The notes beneath the pieces are model-generated. The model was not told the origin of the DNA, searched no databases, and saw only the letters and a list, made by a program, of their open reading frames with translations. A stretch of 64,000 nt of DNA from NCBI GenBank assembly GCA_947588705.1, contig CANPYT010000001.1, positions 65,096-129,095 on the forward strand. Direction: 5' to 3'. Shown one piece after another: positions 47,018 to 56,938 of this stretch; position 1 is the first letter of the stretch, and each line of letters begins with the position of its first letter. Source of the stretch: an uncultured Acetatifactor sp. (GTDB lineage Bacteria; Bacillota; Clostridia; Lachnospirales; Lachnospiraceae). The position numbers and the translations under genes are program-made.

Positions 47018-48205
47018 ATGGAAAAACACTTATTTACCTCGGAATCTGTGACGGAGGGCCATCCCGACAAACTCTGTGACGCGGTTTCCGATGCGATCCT
47101 GGACGCCTGCATCGAGCAGGACCCTATGAGCCGGGTGGCATGTGAGACGGCCAGCTGCACCGGTTTCGTGCTGGTGACCGGCGAGATCACGACAAAGGCA
47201 AACCTGGACATCCCCGCCATCGTGCGCCATACGGTAAACGAGATCGGCTATAACGATTCCAAGGTGGGATTTGACGGCAATACCTGCGCCGTAATGGTGG
47301 CGCTGGACAAACAGTCGCCGGATATTGCCATGGGCGTGGACAAGGCGCTGGAGGCAAGAGAATCCCGCATGAGCGACGCGCAGATCGAGGCGATCGGAGC
47401 AGGCGACCAGGGTATGATGTTTGGCTACGCCACCAATGAGACGCCGGAGCTGATGCCCTACCCTATCTCCCTGGCACACAAACTCACAAGACAGCTGACG
47501 AAGGTGCGCAAGGAGGGAACTTTGCCCTATCTGCGGCCGGACGGAAAGAGCCAGGTCTCTGTGGAGTACGATGAGGCGGGAAAGCCCGTGCGCCTGGAAG
47601 CGGTGGTGCTTTCCACCCAGCACGACGAGAACGTGACGCAGGAAAAGATACATACCGACATCAAAAAATATGTGTTTGACCCGGTCCTGCCCAAAGAGAT
47701 GGTGGATGAAAATACCAAGTTCTTCATCAATCCCACCGGCCGATTTGTGATCGGCGGCCCTCAGGGAGATGCCGGGCTCACAGGACGGAAGATCATTGTG
47801 GATACCTACGGCGGCTATGCGCGTCACGGCGGCGGGGCTTTCTCCGGAAAGGACTGCACAAAGGTAGACAGAAGCGCCGCCTATGCCGCTCGTTATGTGG
47901 CGAAGAATATCGTGGCGGCGGGCCTGGCCGAAAAATGCGAGATCCAGCTTTCCTATGCCATCGGAGTGGCTCAGCCCACCTCTGTCATGGTAGACACCTT
48001 CGGCACCGGAAAGATTTCCGACGAGAAGCTGGTGGACATTGTGAGGGAGAATTTTGACCTGCGCCCCGCGGGTATCATCAAAATGCTGGATCTGCGCCGG
48101 CCTATTTACCGCCAGACCGCCGCGTATGGCCATTTCGGACGCGACGACCTGTCTCTTCCCTGGGAGGCGGTTGACAAGGCGGAAACGTTGAAAAAGTATT
48201 TGTAA
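47018..48205 (+). CDS. metK: S-adenosylmethionine synthetase
   Basis: [26 protein letters not shown] and [19 protein letters not shown]. Confidence 0.95.
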   Translation: MEKHLFTSESVTEGHPDKLCDAVSDAILDACIEQDPMSRVACETASCTGFVLVTGEITTKANLDIPAIVRHTVNEIGYNDSKVGFDGNTCAVMVALDKQSPDIAMGVDKALEARESRMSDAQIEAIGAGDQGMMFGYATNETPELMPYPISLAHKLTRQLTKVRKEGTLPYLRPDGKSQVSVEYDEAGKPVRLEAVVLSTQHDENVTQEKIHTDIKKYVFDPVLPKEMVDENTKFFINPTGRFVIGGPQGDAGLTGRKIIVDTYGGYARHGGGAFSGKDCTKVDRSAAYAARYVAKNIVAAGLAEKCEIQLSYAIGVAQPTSVMVDTFGTGKISDEKLVDIVRENFDLRPAGIIKMLDLRRPIYRQTAAYGHFGRDDLSLPWEAVDKAETLKKYL

Positions 48206-48367
48206 TAGGTTCCCAAAAACTGAATCAGAACATCATGGAGCTGCCGCCTGGGCGAAATGCGTGAGGCGGCGGCTCTTTTTGCTGTTTCCCGTCGGCGCAG
48301 GATCCGGCCGGAGGTTTTTCTAAATTTACAAACCGGCCGTTTTTCAGTATAATAGGTGTATCGGTTC

Positions 48368-48430
48368 AGGCGCACAGCGCCGGAGGGCACGGCAGCGCGG
48401 CTTTGCGGATGGCGCGGGCTGAACTGTTGC
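48368..48430 (+). repeat. Intergenic palindromic repeat family, 5'-truncated copy F
   Basis: AGGCGCACAGCGCCGGAGGGCACGGCAGCGCGGCTTTGCGGATGGCGCGGGCTGAACTGTTGC. Confidence 0.85.
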
Positions 48431-48465
48431 TAATGGGTGTTAGGTATTTGGGAGGAGTGACTGCT

Positions 48466-51400
48466 ATGGCATTTGCGCATCTGCATGTCCACACGGAATA
48501 TTCCCTGCTGGACGGTTCCAATAAAATAAAAGAGTATGTGGCCAAGGTGAAAGCGCTGGGAATGGACAGTGCGGCCATCACAGACCATGGCGTTATGTAC
48601 GGTGTCATCGATTTCTACAAGGCGGCCCGGGCGGCGGGGATCAAGCCGATCCTTGGCTGCGAAGTGTATGTGGCGCCGAACTCCCGATTTGACAAGGAAC
48701 TTACGGGAGGAGAGGACCGCTATTACCACCTGGTGCTGCTGGCGGAAAACAATACAGGCTACGCGAACCTTATGAAGATCGTCAGCCGCGGCTTCACGGA
48801 AGGGTACTACTATCGCCCAAGGGTAGATATGGAGATACTGAACCGTTACCATGAAGGGATCATCGCGCTTTCGGCCTGCCTTGCGGGAGAGGTGCAGAGA
48901 TGTATTATGAAAGGGCTTCCGGAAGAGGCGAGAAAAACCGCCAGAAAGTATGAGGACTGTTTTGGCAGGGGCAATTTCTTTTTAGAGCTGCAGGATCACG
49001 GTATGCCGGAACAGCGCATGGTGAATACGGAATTGCTGCGGATGAGCAAAGAGCTGGACATTCCTATGGTAGTTACCAACGATGTGCATTACACCTACGC
49101 GGAGGACGCCGACTCGCATGATGTTTTGCTCTGCCTCCAGACAAATAAGAAGCTGACGGACGAGGACAGGATGCGCTATGTGGGAGGCCAGTATTATGTA
49201 AAAAGCGAGGAAGAGATGAAGGGGCTGTTCCCTTACGCCTGGGAGGCGGTGGAGAACACACAGCGGATTGCTGACCGCTGTAACGTGGAGATCGAGTTCG
49301 GCGTCACGAAACTGCCGAAATATGAAGTTCCGGAGGGGTATGACTCCTGGAGCTACTTAAATAAGCTCTGTGACGAAGGGCTTGCGGAGCGTTACGGTGA
49401 CGGAAACCTGCCCGCCGGCGATACGGGGCAGACGCTGCGGGAGCGCCTGGATTACGAGCTCTCCGTGATCCATTCCATGGGATATGTGGATTACTTTTTG
49501 ATCGTGTGGGATTTCATCAATTACGCAAAGAGCAATCGTATCCCCGTGGGGCCGGGGCGGGGCTCCGCGGCTGGAAGCATTGTCTCCTACTGCCTGAAGA
49601 TCACCAATGTGGATCCGATCCGGTACAATCTTCTGTTTGAGCGGTTCCTGAATCCGGAACGGGTATCCATGCCGGATATTGATATCGATTTCTGCTTTGA
49701 GCGAAGGCAGGAGGTGATCGACTATGTAGAGGGGAAATACGGCTCCGACAAGGTGGTGCAGATCGTTACTTTTGGTACGCTGGCGGCCAAGGCGGTGGTC
49801 AGGGATGTGGGGCGCGTTTTGGATCTGCCGTATAGTTATGTGGATTCTATCGCGAAAATGATTCCCAAAGAATTGAATATCACCCTGGATCTGGCGCTGG
49901 AAAAGAACCCGGAACTGAACAAGATGTATCAGGAGGATGAACAGGTCCGCCATCTCATCGACATGTGCAGACGGCTGGAAGGGCTGCCGAGAAATACTTC
50001 CATGCATGCGGCGGGGGTGGTGATCTGCCAGAAGGCGGCGGACGAGTTTGTTCCCCTCTCCCGGGGCGGCGACGGCTCTATAGTCACTCAGTTTACGATG
50101 ACGACTCTGGAGGAGCTGGGCCTTTTGAAGATGGATTTCCTGGGCCTGCGGACGCTGACAGTGATAGACGATGCCGTAAAGTTTGTGGAAAAGAACAAAG
50201 GCGTACATATAGATGTGGATCATATCGATTACGACGACCCCAAGGTGCTGGCGGCTATCGGCACCGGGAAAACCGAGGGGGTGTTCCAGCTGGAAAGCGG
50301 CGGCATGAAAAGCTTTATGAAGGAACTGAAGCCGCGGAACCTGGAGGAGATCATCTCCGGTATTTCCCTGTACCGGCCCGGCCCTATGGAATTTATCCCC
50401 CAGTACATCGAGGGCAAAAACAACCCGGAGCGCGTGACATATGCGTGTCCCCAGCTGGAGAGCATCCTGGCGCCCACCTACGGCTGTATCGTCTATCAGG
50501 AGCAGGTGATGCAGATCGTCCGGGACCTGGGCGGGTATACCATGGGGCGCAGCGACCTGGTGCGGCGCGCCATGAGTAAAAAAAAGCAGTCCGTGATGGA
50601 AAAGGAGCGGGCCAACTTTATCTACGGGAACCAGGAAGAGGGCGTACCGGGCTGTGTCGCAAGGGGGATCGACGAGGAGACCGCCAGCGGCATTTATAAG
50701 AGCATGATGACGTTTGCCCAGTACGCGTTCAATAAATCTCACGCGGCCTGTTACGCGGTGGTGGCCTACCAGACGGCGTATCTAAAGTATTATTATCCGG
50801 TGGAATTTATGGCAGCCCTGATGACTTCCGTCATCAACAACTCCGGAAAGCTGTCGGAATATATCATGTTATGCCGGAGTATGGGGATCCCGCTTCTGCC
50901 GCCGGATGTCAACGAGGGCGAGGCCGGTTTTTTTGTGTCGGGCGACAAAATACGCTATGCCCTTACCGCCATCCGGGGCGTGGGGCGGCCTGTGATCGAA
51001 AGCCTTGTGGAAGAGCGGAATGCGGGAGGCCCCTTTACCAGCCTGAAGGATTTTATCGCCCGCATGTCAGAGCGGGATATGAATAAGCGGGTGATCGAGA
51101 ATTTTATCAAGGCAGGGGCGTTGGACAGCCTGGGGGGGACGAGAAAGCAGTTCATGAGCGTGTACGTGCAGATCGCGGACCATATTGCCAGGGACAAGAA
51201 AAGCAACCTTGCGGGGCAGCTCTCTCTCTTTGATATTGTGGACGATTCCCGGAAAGAGGAGTTTGACGTATATATGCCGGAGGTGGGAGAGTATTCCAAG
51301 GAGATGCTCCTGGCGTTTGAGAAGGAGGTCCTGGGCATTTACCTGAGCGGCCATCCGCTGGAGGAATATCAGGAGCTCTGGCGGAAATATATCACGAATA

Positions 51401-52131
51401 CCACAGGGGATTTTGCGTATGACGAGGAGGTGGGGAGCACCAAGGTAGAAGGGCAGGAAAATGTGGTCCTGGGCGGGATGATCGTGGATAAAACCGTTAA
51501 GTATACGAAGAACAACAGGGTCATGGCGTACCTGAGCCTGGAGGATCTGATGGGCAGCGTGGAAGTGCTTGTATTCCCGAACAGTTATGAAAAATACAAC
51601 GCCCTGCTTCAGGAGGAGACAAAGGTGTTTATCAAAGGACGTCCTTCGGAGGAAGAAGAGAAGGACAGCAAGCTGATCTGCGAGCAGATCGTCACTTTTG
51701 AGGAGGCGTCCCAGGCCGGGGACAGGCCGCTGTTTTCCGGGCGGCCCCGGGGCGGCTGGAACGGCCAGGGCGGCCAGGCAGCGTATGGCCCCCTGTCCGG
51801 CCACGGCGTTTCGTCTGGCCGCGGTTCCCGGACGGAGGAAACTGGGGGAAAGCAGAAGCTGCCGGAGGGCGTCTGGGTCCAGTTCCCGGATCAGGACAGC
51901 TATGAGGCGAGGGAGCGGGAGCTGTTAGAATTATTAGCGGATTCCGACGGGAATGACGATGTGGTGATCTATATAAAGACCTTGCGCCAGTTCAAAAAGC
52001 TGCCTCCCAACCGGCGGGTCTGCGCCGGCCAGCCGCTCTTGGAAAGGCTGGGGGCGGCGTTCGGGCCGGAAAACATAAAAATTGTGAAAACGCCAACGAA
52101 ACCTATTGAAAACAGTGGAAAAATGGATTAA
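48466..52131 (+). CDS. dnaE: DNA polymerase III alpha subunit (DnaE type)
   Basis: PHP N-terminus FAHLHVHTEYSLLDGS, PDIDIDF and the finger/OB regions. GGAGGA SD. The track start at 48403 lies inside a repeat element. Confidence 0.92.
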   Translation: MAFAHLHVHTEYSLLDGSNKIKEYVAKVKALGMDSAAITDHGVMYGVIDFYKAARAAGIKPILGCEVYVAPNSRFDKELTGGEDRYYHLVLLAENNTGYANLMKIVSRGFTEGYYYRPRVDMEILNRYHEGIIALSACLAGEVQRCIMKGLPEEARKTARKYEDCFGRGNFFLELQDHGMPEQRMVNTELLRMSKELDIPMVVTNDVHYTYAEDADSHDVLLCLQTNKKLTDEDRMRYVGGQYYVKSEEEMKGLFPYAWEAVENTQRIADRCNVEIEFGVTKLPKYEVPEGYDSWSYLNKLCDEGLAERYGDGNLPAGDTGQTLRERLDYELSVIHSMGYVDYFLIVWDFINYAKSNRIPVGPGRGSAAGSIVSYCLKITNVDPIRYNLLFERFLNPERVSMPDIDIDFCFERRQEVIDYVEGKYGSDKVVQIVTFGTLAAKAVVRDVGRVLDLPYSYVDSIAKMIPKELNITLDLALEKNPELNKMYQEDEQVRHLIDMCRRLEGLPRNTSMHAAGVVICQKAADEFVPLSRGGDGSIVTQFTMTTLEELGLLKMDFLGLRTLTVIDDAVKFVEKNKGVHIDVDHIDYDDPKVLAAIGTGKTEGVFQLESGGMKSFMKELKPRNLEEIISGISLYRPGPMEFIPQYIEGKNNPERVTYACPQLESILAPTYGCIVYQEQVMQIVRDLGGYTMGRSDLVRRAMSKKKQSVMEKERANFIYGNQEEGVPGCVARGIDEETASGIYKSMMTFAQYAFNKSHAACYAVVAYQTAYLKYYYPVEFMAALMTSVINNSGKLSEYIMLCRSMGIPLLPPDVNEGEAGFFVSGDKIRYALTAIRGVGRPVIESLVEERNAGGPFTSLKDFIARMSERDMNKRVIENFIKAGALDSLGGTRKQFMSVYVQIADHIARDKKSNLAGQLSLFDIVDDSRKEEFDVYMPEVGEYSKEMLLAFEKEVLGIYLSGHPLEEYQELWRKYITNTTGDFAYDEEVGSTKVEGQENVVLGGMIVDKTVKYTKNNRVMAYLSLEDLMGSVEVLVFPNSYEKYNALLQEETKVFIKGRPSEEEEKDSKLICEQIVTFEEASQAGDRPLFSGRPRGGWNGQGGQAAYGPLSGHGVSSGRGSRTEETGGKQKLPEGVWVQFPDQDSYEARERELLELLADSDGNDDVVIYIKTLRQFKKLPPNRRVCAGQPLLERLGAAFGPENIKIVKTPTKPIENSGKMD

Positions 52132-52185
52132 AATAAGGAATCGGGGTCTTATGAAATAAGACGGCTATCGGATCGGAGGTAAATT

Positions 52186-53160
52186 ATGGCTAATGAGATA
52201 AAGACGATCGCGGTCCTCACGAGCGGAGGCGATGCTCCGGGCATGAACGCGGCAATCCGCGCCGTTGTCCGCACCGCCATTTCCAGAGGGCTGAAGGTCA
52301 AGGGAATCAAGAGGGGCTACCTGGGGCTGCTGAATGAAGAGATCAACGATATGGAGGCGCGTAACGTGTCCGACATCATCCAGAGAGGCGGGACGATCCT
52401 TGGCACCGCCAGATGCCTGGAATTTAAAAAGCCGGAGGTACAGCAGCGGGGAGCCGATATCTGCAAAAAGCACGGGATCGACGGGATCGTAGTGATCGGA
52501 GGCGACGGTTCCTACAGGGGCGCACAGGCGCTTTCCAGGCTGGGGATCAACACGGTTGGGCTGCCGGGCACCATCGATCTGGATATCGCCTGCACCGATT
52601 ACACCATCGGCTTTGATACGGCGGTAAATACGGCCATGCAGGCGATCGATAAAGTAAAGGATACCTCCTCCTCCCATGAGAGGTGCAGCATCATTGAGGT
52701 AATGGGCAGGAATGCCGGCTATATTGCTCTCTGGTGCGGTATTTCCAACGGCGCTGAGGATATCTTGATCCCTGAGAAATATGATTACAACGAGCAGGAG
52801 ATCATCAACCATATTATTGCAAGCCGCAAGAAGGGAAAGACGCATCATCTGATCATCAACGCGGAGGGGATCGGCCATTCTGTCTCCATGGCGAGACGGA
52901 TCGAGGCGGCGACCGGTATCGAGACGAGGGCGACTATTCTGGGTTACATGCAGCGGGGCGGCAATCCCACGGCTATGGATCGTTTTTATGCGTCGATCAT
53001 GGGGGCCATGGCGGTGGACGTGATGCTGGCAGGCAAGACCAACCGCGTGATCGGCCACAGGAATGGCCAATTCGTGGATGTGGATATCGAGGAAGCGCTG
53101 CAGATGGAGAAGGGCATTGACGAATATCAGTTTGAAGTGGCGCAGATGCTGACTGTTTAA
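52186..53160 (+). CDS. pfkA: ATP-dependent 6-phosphofructokinase
   Basis: IAVLTSGGDAPGMNAAIR, GGDGSYRGA, PGTIDLD and MGR. Confidence 0.92.
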   Translation: MANEIKTIAVLTSGGDAPGMNAAIRAVVRTAISRGLKVKGIKRGYLGLLNEEINDMEARNVSDIIQRGGTILGTARCLEFKKPEVQQRGADICKKHGIDGIVVIGGDGSYRGAQALSRLGINTVGLPGTIDLDIACTDYTIGFDTAVNTAMQAIDKVKDTSSSHERCSIIEVMGRNAGYIALWCGISNGAEDILIPEKYDYNEQEIINHIIASRKKGKTHHLIINAEGIGHSVSMARRIEAATGIETRATILGYMQRGGNPTAMDRFYASIMGAMAVDVMLAGKTNRVIGHRNGQFVDVDIEEALQMEKGIDEYQFEVAQMLTV

Positions 53161-53221
53161 AAGCGGAAAGAAAACGGCTCTCCCTTGTTGGGAGGGCTGT
53201 CTTTGTAAAGGAGACCATTCA

Positions 53222-54007
53222 ATGATCACCAGCAGCTCAAACGCGAAGGTAAAACAGGTGGTGCAGTGGCAGAACAAGGCCAGGGAGCGGCGCGAAGCGG
53301 GGATCTTCCTGGCCGAGGGACGTAAGCTGTTCCGGGAAGCGCCTGAGGATAGGATCCGGGAGGTGTATCTTTCGGAACGGCTGTGGGAACCGGGCTGTCT
53401 GGAGCCGGACCTGCGGGAAAAGCTGAAGCGCACAGGGTATGAGACAGTTTCGGAAGAGGTTTTCCGCAAGATGTCGGACACCGGAACGCCCCAGGGGATC
53501 CTGTGTGTGGTAAAAAGGCCGGAATATCGGCTGGAGCGGCTTCTGGACGGCGAGGCGCCTCTGCTTGTGGTGCTGGAGAGCATTCAGGATCCGGGGAATC
53601 TGGGAACGGTCTTGAGGACCGGCGAGGGAGCCGGAGTGGCAGGAGTGATCCTGGGCGGGGATACGGTGGATGTATTCAGCCCGAAGGTCATCCGGGCTAC
53701 GATGGGTTCTATCTTTCGGGTTCCCTTTGTATTGTCGGAAAACCTTGTGGAGACGCTGGCGCTTCTGCGACAGAGGAATATCCGTATCTATGCGGCGCAT
53801 CTGTCCGGGGAAGCCTATTATGACAGCTTTTCCTTCCGGGAGGGGACGGCGTTCCTGATCGGAAACGAGGGAAACGGCCTGAGCCCGGAAGTGGCGGGGG
53901 CGGCGGACAGCCTGTTGAAGATCCCGATGAAGGGGCGGGTGGAGTCCCTGAACGCAGCGGTTGCGGCGGCGCTTTTGATGTACGAGGCCATGAGGCAGAG
54001 ACGATGA
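53222..54007 (+). CDS. TrmH/SpoU-family RNA 2'-O-methyltransferase
   Basis: DPGNLGTVLRTGEGAG, LIGNEGNGLS and ESLNAAVAAALLMYE. Confidence 0.85.
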   Translation: MITSSSNAKVKQVVQWQNKARERREAGIFLAEGRKLFREAPEDRIREVYLSERLWEPGCLEPDLREKLKRTGYETVSEEVFRKMSDTGTPQGILCVVKRPEYRLERLLDGEAPLLVVLESIQDPGNLGTVLRTGEGAGVAGVILGGDTVDVFSPKVIRATMGSIFRVPFVLSENLVETLALLRQRNIRIYAAHLSGEAYYDSFSFREGTAFLIGNEGNGLSPEVAGAADSLLKIPMKGRVESLNAAVAAALLMYEAMRQRR

Positions 54008-54040
54008 TGAAAATGCCCGCAGGGCGGGATGGAGGTATCT

Positions 54041-54847
54041 ATGAAAATAGGATTTATCGGATTGGGAAACATGGCGTCAGCCATGATCGGCGGTATGCTG
54101 GAAAAGGGAGTGGTGAAGCCGGAGGATGTGACGGGCTCCGCCAAAACGGAAGAGACGCTTGCAAGCGTGGGGAGCAGGTATGGCATCCGCACGGTAAAAG
54201 ACAACGCGCTGGTGGCCAGGGAGTCGGATGTCCTGTTTCTGGCGGTGAAACCCATCGTCTTTCCGGAGGTGATCGAAGAGATCAGGAATGAAGTGCGGGA
54301 GGAAACGATCGTGGTCAGCATAGCCGCAGGCCGGGATCTGGACTATCTGGAAAAGGCTTTTGGCCGCACGGGGATGAAGCTGATTCGCTGTATGCCGAAT
54401 ACGCCGGCCCTTGTGAGGGAAGGATGTACCGGCGTCTGCGCTGGGAACCGGGTCACCGGGGAAGAGCTGGAGCAGGTGCTGGTGCTGCTGCGGTCTTTTG
54501 GCATTGCCAGCATAGTCCCGGAGCGGCTGATGGATGTTGTGGTAAGCGTCAGCGGCAGTTCGCCCGCGTATGTGTTCCTGTTTATTGAAGCTATGGCCGA
54601 CGCGGCTGTGGCAGGGGGGATGCCCCGGAAGCAGGCATATGAATTTGCGGCGCAGTCGGTTCTGGGCAGCGCCAGGATGGTGTTGGAGACAGGGCTGCAT
54701 CCCGGCCAGCTGAAGGATATGGTCTGTTCGCCCGGAGGAACTACCATTGAGGCAGTGAAAGTGCTGGAGGAAAAAGGGCTGCGGGCCGCGGTGATGGATG
54801 CCATGGATGCCTGCCAAAAAAAGTCTGAGGAAATGGCCCGGAAATAG
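54041..54847 (+). CDS. proC: Pyrroline-5-carboxylate reductase
   Basis: MKIGFIGLGNMASAM Rossmann start and SPGGTTIEAVKVLE. Confidence 0.9.
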   Translation: MKIGFIGLGNMASAMIGGMLEKGVVKPEDVTGSAKTEETLASVGSRYGIRTVKDNALVARESDVLFLAVKPIVFPEVIEEIRNEVREETIVVSIAAGRDLDYLEKAFGRTGMKLIRCMPNTPALVREGCTGVCAGNRVTGEELEQVLVLLRSFGIASIVPERLMDVVVSVSGSSPAYVFLFIEAMADAAVAGGMPRKQAYEFAAQSVLGSARMVLETGLHPGQLKDMVCSPGGTTIEAVKVLEEKGLRAAVMDAMDACQKKSEEMARK

Positions 54848-54904
54848 GTCTGAGGAAATGACCCAGAAATAGGGGTGTCTGAGGAAATGACCCAGAAATA
54901 GGGG
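54824..54904 (+). repeat. Three tandem copies (25-29 nt) of the proC 3' end
   Basis: TCTGAGGAAATG(G/A)CCC(G/A)GAAATAGG occurs at 54824, 54849 and 54878. Confidence 0.85.
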
Positions 54905-55022
54905 TTGACAAACGGAACCGGTTCTGCTATGATACATCCCGTAACAAATTTAACAACTTTGTAACAAATTTATTAAGAAACGAAAGAAAAGTTTGTTAAA
55001 TTTGATTTTGGAGGTAACAATT

Positions 55023-56096
55023 ATGAAAAAAAGCAGAAGACGGTTCTCTTCTCTGGCAGGGCTTTTATTGAGCTGTTCCCTGGCTTTTCAGTCTGGCATG
55101 ACTGTTCAGGCCGGCAGCCTGGATGACCTGCGGGGAGGTGTAGCGGCAGTGCTGAATCCCGGAACTTCAAGTTCTTCGGAAGTCATCAGCGCCACAGCGG
55201 AAGAGCTGCAGCTGAATCTTCTGGCGGAAGAAGGCAGTGTGCAGGAAAATACTCTGGTCATGGCAAATGTAAAAAACGCGCTGAATGTCAGGAGCGATGC
55301 CAATGAGGAGGCTGACAAAGTCGGAAAGCTATACAAAGACTGCGGCGGAACCATCCTGGAGAGACGGAACGGATGGACAAAGCTCCAGTCCGGCAACATC
55401 GTAGGGTGGGCCTCGGACGAATATCTGCTGTTCGGCGACGATGCGCTGGCCCTGGCTAACGATGTGGGAAAGATGATCGCGACCATAGATACGGAGGCGG
55501 TGCGGGTCCGCCAGGAGCCCGGCATGGATGCGGCTGTTTTGGGCAACCTGCCCAGGGGCGAGATCGTAGAAGTGCTGGAACAGAATGAGGACGGCTGGGT
55601 CTGCGTGGACTATGACGGCGGGGACGGCTGGGTTTTATCCGACTTTGTGGCGCTGGATTTCCTGATCGACTCGGGCGAAACGGTGGAGGAGATCAAGGCG
55701 AGAGAAGAGGCGGAACGCGAGGCAAAGCGTCATGTAAATTACGGCGAGTACACTACGGACGCGGATACAACGCTGCTGCTTGCAGCTTTGATCTACAGCG
55801 AGGCAGGCGGAGAGAGCTATGAGGGCAAGCTGGCTGTGGGCGCGGTGGTGATGAACCGTGTGAGAAGCTCCGCATATCCCGATTCCATCCACGGTGTGAT
55901 CTATGCGTCCGGTCAGTTTACACCTGCCATGAGCGGCAAGGTAAACCGGATCTATGAATCGGGCAACATCCCTGACGCCTGCATCCAGGCGGCGGAAGAG
56001 GCGATCTCGGGCGTATCTAATGTGGGAGACCTGACTCACTTCAGAAGAAACAACGGAAGAGAAGGACTTGTGATCGGCAATCATGTGTTCTATTGA
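55023..56096 (+). CDS. SleB/CwlJ-type cell-wall hydrolase with SH3b domains
   Basis: Signal peptide, two SH3-like segments and a C-terminal Hydrolase_2 block LIYSEAGGESYEGKLAVGAVVMNRV...IYASGQF. Confidence 0.8.
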   Translation: MKKSRRRFSSLAGLLLSCSLAFQSGMTVQAGSLDDLRGGVAAVLNPGTSSSSEVISATAEELQLNLLAEEGSVQENTLVMANVKNALNVRSDANEEADKVGKLYKDCGGTILERRNGWTKLQSGNIVGWASDEYLLFGDDALALANDVGKMIATIDTEAVRVRQEPGMDAAVLGNLPRGEIVEVLEQNEDGWVCVDYDGGDGWVLSDFVALDFLIDSGETVEEIKAREEAEREAKRHVNYGEYTTDADTTLLLAALIYSEAGGESYEGKLAVGAVVMNRVRSSAYPDSIHGVIYASGQFTPAMSGKVNRIYESGNIPDACIQAAEEAISGVSNVGDLTHFRRNNGREGLVIGNHVFY

Positions 56097-56100
56097 CACC

Positions 56101-56138
56101 AAAAAACCGGCGCTGTGGAAAGCAGCGCCGGTTTTTTG
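56101..56138 (+). terminator. Rho-independent terminator
   Basis: CCGGCGCTG tggaaag CAGCGCCGG followed by TTTTTT. Confidence 0.8.
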
Positions 56139-56339
56139 GTGTGGCGGGCTGCGTATCCTATTCCATAGCTTCCATAGCGGGCAGGACAGACCGGGGGAGC
56201 GCCATTTTACGCAGCATGAACTGTTGCCTTTTAATGGCAGTTTTAAAGAAAGAGATTGCCCGAAAGGGATATTTGTAGTAAACTATGGGTATCAATGATA
56301 AGGATGGTTCTCCGTCAATCATACAAGAGGAGCAATATA

Positions 56340-56876
56340 ATGAGTGAAATGATGATATTCTGGCTTGTCCTTTTGATCGTTGCCATCATAGTGGAAGTCG
56401 CCACGATGGGGCTTACGTCGATCTGGTTTGCCGGCGGCGCGCTTGTGGCGATCCTGGCGGCCCTGCTTCACCTTCCTGTGTTTGTGCAGGTGCTTCTGTT
56501 CTTTCTGGTGTCGCTGCTGCTGCTGTTTTTTACGAGGCCCGTGGCGGTGCGGTATTTTAACAAGGAGCGGGTCAGGACCAACGTGGAGAGCATGGTGGGG
56601 CGGCAGGCTGTTGTCACCGGCGAGATCGACAATATACAGGGAACGGGCCAGGTGACGGTGTCCGGGCAGGAGTGGAGCGCCAGGAGCGTGGACGACAACC
56701 TGAGGATACCGGTGGGGAATGTGGTAAATATCGTATCGGTCAGCGGCGTAAAGCTGATCGTGAGAGTGGATGAACAAATGCAGCGGGTGGATCCGGACGG
56801 ACTGAATAAGCATATCCCGGAGCCCATGAGCGTATCCCAGATGGAAGAGCTGGAGTCCCGGTCCGACCTGCAGTAG
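56340..56876 (+). CDS. NfeD-family membrane protein
   Basis: Two or three TM helices, then an OB-like tail GRQAVVTGEI...GQVTVSGQEWSARS. Lies upstream of an SPFH gene. Confidence 0.8.
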   Translation: MSEMMIFWLVLLIVAIIVEVATMGLTSIWFAGGALVAILAALLHLPVFVQVLLFFLVSLLLLFFTRPVAVRYFNKERVRTNVESMVGRQAVVTGEIDNIQGTGQVTVSGQEWSARSVDDNLRIPVGNVVNIVSVSGVKLIVRVDEQMQRVDPDGLNKHIPEPMSVSQMEELESRSDLQ

Positions 56877-56938
56877 GCGGAGAAGGATGACATAAAAAGT
56901 GCGTACTGTCACGAAAACAGTACAGAAAGAGGTAAAAA

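Noticed and set aside
48403-48465. N-terminal extensions offered by the ORF track:
- MRMARAELL… on dnaE
- 36-128 on the LacI gene
- 38000-38167 on hemolysin III
- 46943-47017 on metK
- the similar MRMARAELL ORF at 12047-12361
   Set aside because: The extensions lack an SD, whereas good SDs precede the internal ATGs. Two of them are translations of the intergenic repeat element, and one runs through the SAM riboswitch terminator.
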